DNA of 32,000 nucleotides from Candidatus Heimdallarchaeota archaeon (GTDB lineage Archaea; Asgardarchaeota; Heimdallarchaeia; JABLTI01): NCBI GenBank assembly GCA_030614005.1, contig JAUWKS010000031.1, positions 6,096 to 38,095 of the forward strand, read 5' to 3'. Shown piece by piece: positions 18,268 to 26,135 of this stretch (position 1 is its first letter; each line of letters starts with the position of its first letter). The notes under the pieces were generated by a model. It saw only the letters and a program-made list of their open reading frames with translations, ran no database searches and was not told where the DNA came from. The position numbers and the translations under genes were made by a program.

Positions 18268-19152
18268 CTATTTCTTCTGCCGAAACCGGAATAAGATATA
18301 GGAACTAGCTATGAGAAGCGTTGTATAACTTAGCATACCTGCTACTGCTCCGCCTATGCTTGGTGTAATCCATTGAAAAACAGTGATTCCTTCACCGGGT
18401 CCTCTTCTGAGAGTGATTTCTGCATATCTTTCTACAGGCATATCAAATATACTACTAATAATATTTGAGTAGTAGGTTAGAATAAATACAGGTTCAAATG
18501 TTGCTCCCGTCACCCTTAGTAACTGATCTATTAAATTAAAGACTATTAATATTAGCAATATACTTAGAATGATTGTTCCAGCATTGCTTTTCATTAAACT
18601 ACTGAAAAATATTACTACGGAAAATACAGTCAATGTATATAGTAATGCCCATCCCCATGAAGCAAAGAATAATGAGGAAATGGTTCCATAATAAATAAGA
18701 GTAGTAATTCCAACTAGAAGATAATATGTTGTTACAGCAACTATGGCATAGATAAATCGGGCTACAAGTCGACCAGTAAGTAGACGAGCTTTTGTTGTTT
18801 TTGGGAATATCAAATTACCTGTGTCTTTTTGATAATCTTCAGAAATAATAGATGAACCTAATGTTACAGCAATTACCATTACTAATAATGGAAATATCAT
18901 CGTTAGATAATTACCTGTAATATAATTTACATTTGATTCTGGAAGCTCTAACCCTCTACCTTGTTGTATAAGGTCTATTATGAAAAATAGTAAAAAGACA
19001 AATACTGATGCACCAATTGCAATGAGTAGATTCATTTTGTTCCGAATAAATTCAAATTTAATTGTAGAGCCTATCTGCCTCGAGCCAATGTACATAGCAT
19101 CTTGAAATTTCATAATTCTTGATTCTTTAGTTTCTGCTTGTTGTATGTTCAT
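18268..19152 (-). CDS. ABC-2 type transporter permease
   Basis: About 6 hydrophobic segments; ISEDYQKDTGNLIFPK..ARLLTGRL is typical of ABC-2. Start moved from GTG 19161 (inside AGGTGA SD) to ATG 19152. Confidence 0.88.
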   Translation of the reverse strand: MNIQQAETKESRIMKFQDAMYIGSRQIGSTIKFEFIRNKMNLLIAIGASVFVFLLFFIIDLIQQGRGLELPESNVNYITGNYLTMIFPLLVMVIAVTLGSSIISEDYQKDTGNLIFPKTTKARLLTGRLVARFIYAIVAVTTYYLLVGITTLIYYGTISSLFFASWGWALLYTLTVFSVVIFFSSLMKSNAGTIILSILLILIVFNLIDQLLRVTGATFEPVFILTYYSNIISSIFDMPVERYAEITLRRGPGEGITVFQWITPSIGGAVAGMLSYTTLLIASSYILFRFRQKK

Positions 19153-19175
19153 TTTTTTCACCTTATCTGCTTTTT

Positions 19176-20198
19176 TTATGACCCGTTTTCCAAGAATCCA
19201 ATATACAAACTCTCAAGAAGATTTGTTCTTGGTACCGAAAACTCAGCAATTTTTACTTTGTTTTCAATAAGTGCTTCAAGAATTTTATTTTTATTTTCTG
19301 CACTTCCATCAAATTGCACTTCAAACACTTTGAGATTGGAATTGTATTGAACAATATCTTCTCCATTCAAATCTCCAACAATATCTATGATGATTTTAGT
19401 TAACTTTTCAACCATTTCATCAATATTTTCAGGTTGTTCTTGCAACTCAATTTGTAACATGCTCTTTTTCACTTTAGCTTCAAGCTTTTCAACAGTATCA
19501 AACGCAATTATCTTTCCGTTGTTGATAATAGCAATTTTATCAGATATTTCACTTACTTCATAGAGTAAATGACTGCTCAAAAAGATCGTTTTCCCTTGTG
19601 CTTTTAGTTTCATTAAAATCTCTCTAACCTCTTTTCGAGCTTTTGGATCTAAACCTGTTTGAGGTTCGTCAAGAACTAAAACAGAAGGATCATGTACAAA
19701 TGCTGAAACAAGACCGATTTTTTGTCTCATTCCCTTTGAGAAGGTTTTGATTTTTTTATCAATCCACTCTTTCATTCCTACTAATTCTAGAACCTCCTCA
19801 ATACGGTTCTTTATTTCTTTTCGAGGATAACCTTTCAATTCTGCGAAATAAGTTAAAATTTGTCTCGGAGTCATATGATCATAGAAAGTTGGATTTTCTA
19901 TTAGGAAACCGATGTCTTTTAGTATCACATCTCTATTTCCTCGATCTAATTTTACCAATTCTTCATCCTTACAGAAAAATATCTCTCCTTCTGATGGACT
20001 AATTAAACCAGCTATCATTTTCATTGTCGTCGATTTCCCAGCTCCGTTTGGTCCTAAGAAACCTATTATTTCTCCATGTGGGAGATTTAATGATAAATCT
20101 GATACTGCTGTAAAATTTCCAAAGTTCCGAGTTAAACCTTGCAAACTAATCGCAACATCTTGTGCTTCTTTTGTCAATTTAATCGCTACCTTTTGCAT
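19176..20198 (-). CDS. ABC-2 type transporter ATP-binding subunit
   Basis: GPNGAGKST, FSKGMRQK, LVLDEP, LSSHLL. ATG 20198 (TTG 20207 alternative) lies near the predicted TSS, probably leaderless. Confidence 0.93.
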   Translation of the reverse strand: MQKVAIKLTKEAQDVAISLQGLTRNFGNFTAVSDLSLNLPHGEIIGFLGPNGAGKSTTMKMIAGLISPSEGEIFFCKDEELVKLDRGNRDVILKDIGFLIENPTFYDHMTPRQILTYFAELKGYPRKEIKNRIEEVLELVGMKEWIDKKIKTFSKGMRQKIGLVSAFVHDPSVLVLDEPQTGLDPKARKEVREILMKLKAQGKTIFLSSHLLYEVSEISDKIAIINNGKIIAFDTVEKLEAKVKKSMLQIELQEQPENIDEMVEKLTKIIIDIVGDLNGEDIVQYNSNLKVFEVQFDGSAENKNKILEALIENKVKIAEFSVPRTNLLESLYIGFLENGS

Positions 20199-20234
20199 TA
20201 TTTGCAAACACTATAGTTTTCTGGGTTCATTAAC

Positions 20235-20262
20235 TATATAAGCGTTTGCAAAAGTTGCAAAC
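20235..20262 (-). promoter_or_regulatory. TATA box (TTATATA, 20235-20241) with adjacent perfect inverted repeat GTTTGCAA-AAG-TTGCAAAC (20244-20262)
   Basis: 8-3-8 palindrome directly upstream of the TATA of the ABC operon. A further TGTTTGCAA half-site lies at about 20200-20211. Confidence 0.6.
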
Positions 20263-20358
20263 ACCATGCGTCTTACAATAACTAATAAAAGAAAAGTTTC
20301 CAAAAAACAGCAATAGACCTTTTCAAAAAAGGAATAAATATAGTCTAATTTTTTTAAT

Positions 20359-20526
20359 TTGGTGAGGAATGATGAGATACAAAAAACTGATGCTCTACAA
20401 AAACAATATGATTCTTTTGATGCTAAAGCTTCTGATTGTTCATAATGTGGTGACTTTATAGAACGTTGTCCATTTGAAGTGCAAGTTATAGAAAAAATGA
20501 AAGAAGCAGCTACGTTGTTTGAGTAG
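20359..20526 (+). pseudogene. Relic of a C-terminal 4Fe-4S domain of the aldo/keto-reductase-ferredoxin fusion type
   Basis: Reads LVRNDEIQKTDALQKQYDSFDAKASDCS*CGDFIERCPFEVQVIEKMKEAATLFE*. In-frame TAA at 20443 and a Cys-to-Phe change in CxxCxxCxxxCP. No upstream catalytic domain. Confidence 0.75.
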
Positions 20527-21763
20527 ATGCTTTTATTTTTTTATTCTTAACTAAGATAAATCTCATTTTCATAAAATCAAAAGTAAGTGCATAATGTCTA
20601 AAGAATTGATGTGAAATAATACCCCCAATGCGAAATCCTACTGAATATTCAATGGGAAATCTTTCGGTGAAAACTCCTCGAATGTTCTTTTCAACAGCAT
20701 CACCAAATGTTAATTCCTCCACTTCGAATGGTATAGCCTTAACTTTCCCTCCACCACCTATCCCTTCGAAAGCATTTGCTTCATCGAGTTTTACCCCTGC
20801 ATCATCAAGAGTTTTTCTAGCGCCGGTAAATCCTCCACCAGCTAAACCTGTATCTAGGAAGAATAGTGTTCGTTCGCCTTTATTGACTCTACCCCAAGCA
20901 ACCATAAAGTGATCTTCTGCCATCCAAAATGGTATTTTAATTGGTTTTTTGTTTTCAATTGCTTTCTCTAAGGTTGTTAAATTTTCCTTAGTTTGTTTTC
21001 GAAAAATTATTTCACCTTTTGGATAATCTAAAGTGGTAATAAAATGATAAAAAAGAACTGTACCAATAATACCATCAATTTGTGTTCCACCAAAAATCTG
21101 AGAAACAGGACGAACTGGCAGAATTTTTACTGGAATGTTCTGCACTTTCAAATTACCTAAAGAAATAGACTCTATCTTACTCAAATAAGTAGTTGCTTTT
21201 TGACCTCCTGCAAACACCCCTGTTTTTTCTCCAAATGATTCCAGTTTAATTTCTTTAGCAAAATCTGCATCAATCATTATTTCTGCTGCTCCGGTATCTA
21301 CAAGAAAGTTCACTTCTTTGTGATCATTTATTTTCACTTTTACTATTGGTAATGGATCGACTTGCTCCATTTTTACTTTGAAAACAGTTTTTTCACCTTC
21401 AATTTGATATGGTACACTACCTTTGAAGCTCTCCAATCTTTCAGCCATATCGTCAATACCATAAAACCTTAGATGGTCTGCTGCTTCTTTGAATTTATCT
21501 TGTCTGTAATTAACTTCTGCTAGCAATGCATGAGGTGCTGGTTCCTCTGGTTCAACTTTCATTGCTTTCTTTAACCACTTCTCAGCTTCTTTGAATTTAT
21601 TCGAAATTAGTGCAATATTTCCCAAAAGAACTAATGTTTGAAAATCAGTTGGGTTTTCTTTTAATATTTTTAAGAAAGACTTCTTCGCATCAACAAAGTA
21701 TCCCGTTTGAAATTGAATATTTGCAATTACTGTTGGATCAAAATTACCACTATCATTTTTCAT
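20510..21763 (-). CDS. TPR-containing tandem retropepsin-like aspartyl protease
   Basis: N-terminal TPR helices (LLGNIALISNKFKEAEKWLKKAMKVEP). Two aspartyl motifs, FLVDTGA and FFLDTGL, with DGIIGT and GGIIS flaps. ATG 21763 preferred over TTG 21772 on SD spacing. Confidence 0.88.
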   Translation of the reverse strand: MKNDSGNFDPTVIANIQFQTGYFVDAKKSFLKILKENPTDFQTLVLLGNIALISNKFKEAEKWLKKAMKVEPEEPAPHALLAEVNYRQDKFKEAADHLRFYGIDDMAERLESFKGSVPYQIEGEKTVFKVKMEQVDPLPIVKVKINDHKEVNFLVDTGAAEIMIDADFAKEIKLESFGEKTGVFAGGQKATTYLSKIESISLGNLKVQNIPVKILPVRPVSQIFGGTQIDGIIGTVLFYHFITTLDYPKGEIIFRKQTKENLTTLEKAIENKKPIKIPFWMAEDHFMVAWGRVNKGERTLFFLDTGLAGGGFTGARKTLDDAGVKLDEANAFEGIGGGGKVKAIPFEVEELTFGDAVEKNIRGVFTERFPIEYSVGFRIGGIISHQFFRHYALTFDFMKMRFILVKNKKIKASTQTT

Positions 21764-21784
21764 TTTTCTCAATCCTTTAAAAAA

Positions 21785-21874
21785 TTAAACACCAAGTGTC
21801 AATAGCAATTCATTTCGTATTTTATCTTTATCTTTCTTTATTTGTTTTCGTATTTTATCTTTATGTGTAAGCAT
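21785..21874 (-). CDS. Small peptide, 29 aa: MLTHKDKIRKQIKKDKDKIRNELLLTLGV (not in ORF track)
   Basis: AGGTGA SD 8 nt upstream (21883-21888). TTATAT box at 21941-21946. In-frame stop upstream bounds the ORF. Ends 21 nt before the protease start. Shares a motif with 25795-25902. Confidence 0.6.
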   Translation of the reverse strand: MLTHKDKIRKQIKKDKDKIRNELLLTLGV

Positions 21875-21901
21875 TTTTTCTTTCACCTTGATTTATTTCA
21901 A

Positions 21902-21921
21902 TGAACTTTGTCTCAAGTTCA
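21902..21921. promoter_or_regulatory. Inverted repeat TGAACTT-N6-AAGTTCA, operator candidate
   Basis: Perfect 7-6-7 palindrome over the predicted TSS of the peptide/protease unit. Confidence 0.35.
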
Positions 21922-22136
21922 GTTATTACTATAAGTGGTCATATAATATCAGTTATTTGAGGAATAGTGACCAACACAAAGTGAAAAGAGGGAAGAAAGG
22001 AAGTTATTTTTGTTTGGGATAAGCTTTTCCTATAGGCTAAAATGAAATATAATCAATAGATTTTATTGTCCATCAACGAGTAACTTTTTTATTTGAGGAA
22101 GATAATTCGAGAAGTATAATATTTGAAGTGTAAATT

Positions 22137-23111
22137 ATGGTTGTTGTTACAGGGACTAAAGCAAATGGTGAGCAATTTAGTAGAGAAATAGAAGATGATG
22201 TACAAGAACTTTTTCTTGAAGGTCATCAACTTATTTCAATTGATTTGTCATCATTAAATGAGTGTTCAAAATTACGTATTCTTAGGCTTTCTGATAATCT
22301 ACTTGCATCAATAGATCTTTCCCCACTTCAAGCTTGCACAGATCTACAAGAGCTCTGGCTTCATAGAAATAGGCTTACCACTATAGATTTATCCCCATTG
22401 AAAGCTTGCAAAACTTTACAACAGCTCGATCTTGGATATAACCCATTTACTTCAATAGACCTTTCTCCATTGAAAGCTTGCAAAGAACTTCAAATACTCT
22501 GGTTTGATAATAACCCTCTTACTTTAATTGACCTTTCCCCACTTGAAGCGTGTACAGAATTACAAGAGCTTATGCTTGATAATAATCAGCTTGCATCGAT
22601 TGACCTTTCTCCATTGAAAACGTGCACAAAATTGCAAGCACTCTTGATTGGTAATAATCCGTTTACTTCTATTGATCTTTCTCCGTTGAAAGCATGCACA
22701 AAATTGAAAGCGCTCAAACTTTATAGTACTCCGCTCACTTCTATTGATTTATCTCCACTGAAAACATGCACCGAGTTGGAATGCCTTGAGCTTGATAAAA
22801 ATCAGCTTACTTCTATTGATCTTTCTCCTTTGAAAGCTTGCACAAAACTGCAAGAGCTTGTCCTTCCTAATAATCAGCTTGCTTCTATTGATCTATCACC
22901 AATGAAAGCATGTACTGAACTAGAATTTATCGAGCTTGATATTAATCAGCTAAAAAAGCTTGATATCACAGTTCTTAAAGCATGCATGAAATTAAAAGGG
23001 CTTTATATTGATGATACTGTTACTCTTATTTGGCGAGAAGAAGATATTCCTGATAAGGATGACCTTCCTATAGGATTACAAGAACACTATTCTAGGTTAA
23101 CATTTTCATAG
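22137..23111 (+). CDS. Leucine-rich repeat protein (24-aa 'IDLSPLxxC' repeats)
   Basis: 11 tandem 24-aa repeats, consensus QELxLxxNQLTSIDLSPLKACTKL, with short N- and C-terminal caps. Confidence 0.93.
   Translation: MVVVTGTKANGEQFSREIEDDVQELFLEGHQLISIDLSSLNECSKLRILRLSDNLLASIDLSPLQACTDLQELWLHRNRLTTIDLSPLKACKTLQQLDLGYNPFTSIDLSPLKACKELQILWFDNNPLTLIDLSPLEACTELQELMLDNNQLASIDLSPLKTCTKLQALLIGNNPFTSIDLSPLKACTKLKALKLYSTPLTSIDLSPLKTCTELECLELDKNQLTSIDLSPLKACTKLQELVLPNNQLASIDLSPMKACTELEFIELDINQLKKLDITVLKACMKLKGLYIDDTVTLIWREEDIPDKDDLPIGLQEHYSRLTFS
22203..22994 (+). repeat. Coding tandem repeat, 11 x 72 nt
   Basis: Recurring ATTGA(T/C)CTTTC(T/C)CC..TGAAAGC.TGCAC blocks at 72-nt spacing. Confidence 0.85.
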
Positions 23112-23211
23112 TAACTAACAACACTTCTAATTCTTTCATCTTTCTTCTTTGAATTGTGCATATTGAGAAACTTCAAGCTCTTCAAAATGGGAAAAAGTGA
23201 AAGAAAAAAAG

Positions 23212-25020
23212 CTATTTTTGCACTGGATAAGTTTTCTCAATTAACTCTTTAAGCACTTTAGCTTTTTCTTTTTGATTTGTTTGTTCATAAATAAACAAAA
23301 GCTCTTGCATACTTGTTTTGTTTACTTGTCTATGTTTTGGATCTTCTTGAAGCAGTTTCTTTATTTTCTCAACAGAAATTTGTTCATCTTTATCCCATTG
23401 GATCGATGGCATTATTAGTTTCTTATTTTTGAAAAACACATTTTGACCATCTGCAGTAAAGAATATTCCAGGTTTATGTTCAGAAAGTTTGTAGATTTTA
23501 TTATTCAAGGAAGTAATTAAATGAAGGTGCCCATTTCTAACTTCAGTTGTCGAGTATAAACAGAAGTCACTATAGTTGAATCTATATATGTTTGAATATT
23601 GTTTCCATTCCTCTTTACCTGGACCCACTTCATCGGCTGGACCTGAATCATAATCCAAATAGTCTATTTTTCCAGAGTAATCTGCAAGTTTGATAGTAAT
23701 TGGTCTAGATTTTTCATCTAAATCGAATGTAACCATCATCGTATCTGAGGAAAAAATTGTGTCTGAATGGGGTGCTAATGACATTTCTGTACCGCGGAAA
23801 TTCATTATTAATTTTCCATCGATATAATTTATTGGAATATCTAACATTCTAGAAACATATAATCCAACTAAACGTTTGAGTTTTGATTCTTCAAGTTCGA
23901 TTGGTACTGATAGTTTTATTTTATTTCCTAAATCAATATTTTCTGGAATATTTCCCATCTTAAATTTAACTAAACTTGGTTCAACTTTTTCAACAATACC
24001 CATCATAAATTGCATACTACCAACTTGATTAGTTAGCAATAAACAACCTATACCTAATTTTGGAAAGAACAGGTGTAAGCAAAAGTAACCCGGACCATCT
24101 CCGAAGAATCTTAACAACAATTCTCCGCCATATTTGTTTAACCCAACGCCTATTCCCATTCCTATTGTTGATAGCTGATTCTCTTCTGTAAATGGGATTT
24201 TATACATTTCTTCCAAGTATTTTTCCTCAAGGAATTTCTGGTCATTCGAATATCCATTATTAAAATGCATCATAAGATATTTTGCCATATCATTTACAGA
24301 GGAATATTGACCACCAGCTCCTAGATATGGTACAAGTAAATCTTGATAGGGAGTTTCAGTTTCACCTCGATAACCTATTGCTACATTATTTGTCTTTAGA
24401 GCATCTGCAGGATTAACTTGGCTGTTGGACATCCTAAGGGGTTGATAAATTTCTTCTTTCATAAAATCAGCAAAGGTTTTTCCAGAAATTTTTTGTAAAA
24501 CATAAGCTACTAAATCGAAACCAGCATTCGAATACGATATTCTACTTCCAGAAGGATATTTTTGCCAACTATTACTGATTTCTTTAATATATTCTTCAAA
24601 AGAGTAATTTTTTTCTTGATTTGGTTTTGCAAAGAAAGTATTATGTTGAAATCCAGCCCAATGAGTAAGCATCTGTCTAAAAGTTATTTTGTCTAATTCA
24701 TCTTCACCAAAACGAGTATTCATTGTAAATTCAGGATAATGTTTTCTTAATGGATCATCAAGGTTTATTTTTCCTTTTTGCATTGCTCGGAGAAAAGCTG
24801 TCACTGTATAAGCTTTTGATAAAGAACCTATCATAAAAAGAGTATCAGCTGTTACTTTTGTTTTCTTTGAGTTATCTGTGTAACCAAATCCTTCTGACCA
24901 GAGTATTCCTTCTTTATCTACAATTGCTATTGAAATTCCGGGAATTTTATATTGCTCCAATCCTTCTTCAATGTCTTTTGTGATTTCTTTTTTCAATTCT
25001 TCAACGTTTTCAAATACCAT
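23212..25020 (-). CDS. Serine hydrolase, beta-lactamase/PBP (class C-like) family with C-terminal extension
   Basis: IGSLSKAYT (SxxK), LLTH-like MLTHWAG, YSNAGFDLV (YxN), GAGGQYSSVNDMAKY. AGGT SD; no signal peptide evident. Confidence 0.9.
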   Translation of the reverse strand: MVFENVEELKKEITKDIEEGLEQYKIPGISIAIVDKEGILWSEGFGYTDNSKKTKVTADTLFMIGSLSKAYTVTAFLRAMQKGKINLDDPLRKHYPEFTMNTRFGEDELDKITFRQMLTHWAGFQHNTFFAKPNQEKNYSFEEYIKEISNSWQKYPSGSRISYSNAGFDLVAYVLQKISGKTFADFMKEEIYQPLRMSNSQVNPADALKTNNVAIGYRGETETPYQDLLVPYLGAGGQYSSVNDMAKYLMMHFNNGYSNDQKFLEEKYLEEMYKIPFTEENQLSTIGMGIGVGLNKYGGELLLRFFGDGPGYFCLHLFFPKLGIGCLLLTNQVGSMQFMMGIVEKVEPSLVKFKMGNIPENIDLGNKIKLSVPIELEESKLKRLVGLYVSRMLDIPINYIDGKLIMNFRGTEMSLAPHSDTIFSSDTMMVTFDLDEKSRPITIKLADYSGKIDYLDYDSGPADEVGPGKEEWKQYSNIYRFNYSDFCLYSTTEVRNGHLHLITSLNNKIYKLSEHKPGIFFTADGQNVFFKNKKLIMPSIQWDKDEQISVEKIKKLLQEDPKHRQVNKTSMQELLFIYEQTNQKEKAKVLKELIEKTYPVQK

Positions 25021-25045
25021 ACTTAGACCTTCTATTTTCTGTTTG

Positions 25046-25738
25046 TTAAAATTTCATAAACCAACTAATTAATTCCTTATCAAAGGAGAAATTTCCATGA
25101 CCTCCTCCTTCAACTCGAGTATATTCAACATTATAGCCTTCATTTTTTAACACTTCGATGAATTCATCCGTAGGTTCGATAGCTACCGCATGATCATCAG
25201 TTCCATGCATTACAAAATATGCGATATCCTTTGATTTGCCAACGAAGTTTCGCATATCATCTTCAGCGTTATTGCGACCTCTTTTGAATGCATATCCTGC
25301 GATAATTATAGCTTTATCAAAATATTCTGGATATTTGAAGGTTAAACGCCAAACTCCGTATCCGCCCATACTGAAACCAAATACATAGGTTTCATCGATT
25401 TGAAACATCTCTTGCATTATTTTTAGCAGATCTATTGAATCTATTTCTGATTGTCCTTTATATTCGTCACTCAATCCTCTTCCTCTAGGACCGAATATGA
25501 TAAATCCTTTATCAGAAAATCCTTCTCCAGCCTTTTTCACAGGGGATAATTCATCAACACCGCTCCCATGAAGAACCATAAGTAGATTGTATTTTTTCTT
25601 TGGATCAAAATCATCTGGAAGAAACAAGGAATAAGGTTGAAGTTCATTATCAGTTGGTGAGATAAAACTTGCAAGTAGATATCCACTTTTTATGAAAATC
25701 GATTTCTTCTCAATTAAATCTTCAATTTCTGACAGCAT
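25046..25738 (-). CDS. Alpha/beta hydrolase (S9 peptidase/esterase-like)
   Basis: LHGSG, GFSMGG nucleophile elbow, HGTDDHAV (acid), GGGH (His); GAGGT SD. Confidence 0.88.
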   Translation of the reverse strand: MLSEIEDLIEKKSIFIKSGYLLASFISPTDNELQPYSLFLPDDFDPKKKYNLLMVLHGSGVDELSPVKKAGEGFSDKGFIIFGPRGRGLSDEYKGQSEIDSIDLLKIMQEMFQIDETYVFGFSMGGYGVWRLTFKYPEYFDKAIIIAGYAFKRGRNNAEDDMRNFVGKSKDIAYFVMHGTDDHAVAIEPTDEFIEVLKNEGYNVEYTRVEGGGHGNFSFDKELISWFMKF

Positions 25739-25794
25739 TAAATAACCTCAATTAATAGTCCAATAAATAGATTTCTTTTTTTGTGCACGAAAAA

Positions 25795-25902
25795 CTAAAT
25801 GTAGCCAATAGCGCTGTTTGCTGCTATTAATGCCCATGCTTTATTTCTTCGTTCTTCAGCGTTCTTAATAATTTGTTTAGTATTTTTTTTGTTGTAGCTC
25901 AT
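25795..25902 (-). CDS. Small peptide, 35 aa: MSYNKKNTKQIIKNAEERRNKAWALIAANSAIGYI (not in ORF track)
   Basis: AGGT SD 9 nt upstream. TTTAAATA box at 25947-25954. First ORF of the hydrolase unit. Shares a motif with 21785-21874. Confidence 0.6.
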   Translation of the reverse strand: MSYNKKNTKQIIKNAEERRNKAWALIAANSAIGYI

Positions 25903-25987
25903 TTTTCATCTACCTGAGTAAAGTCTCAACTATACTCTCTCATTTCTATTTAAAAGAGAAATTCACAATACGAAGTCTTAAATTGAG

Positions 25988-26002
25988 GTCACATTATGTG
26001 AC
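25988..26002. promoter_or_regulatory. Inverted repeat GTCACAT-T-ATGTGAC, operator candidate in a divergent promoter region
   Basis: Perfect 7-1-7 palindrome between the peptide/hydrolase unit and the M61 gene. Confidence 0.35.
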
Positions 26003-26135
26003 TAAACTTCGCTAATTGTTCCTGAAAAAAGCTATTAAAGCAATATTTTTCTAATTTTTTATACATCACAAACATCAGTAAATAGAAAAGGTTAACTAAT
26101 ATGTTTTCTCATTAAAACTGTCAGAGGATGAGATA

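Noticed and set aside
20443-20445. In-frame stop in the Fe-S relic as selenocysteine or pyrrolysine recoding
   Set aside because: The codon is TAA and falls at a non-Cys position; a second Cys is also lost.
22203-22994. 72-nt periodic repeats as a CRISPR array or DGR target
   Set aside because: The repeats are degenerate, in frame and coding; no unique spacers, cas genes, reverse transcriptase or template repeat in the window.
23087-23161. Minus-strand 24-aa ORF MHNSKKKDERIRSVVSYYENVNLE
   Set aside because: No SD, overlaps the LRR 3' end antisense, and lacks the hydrophobic tail.
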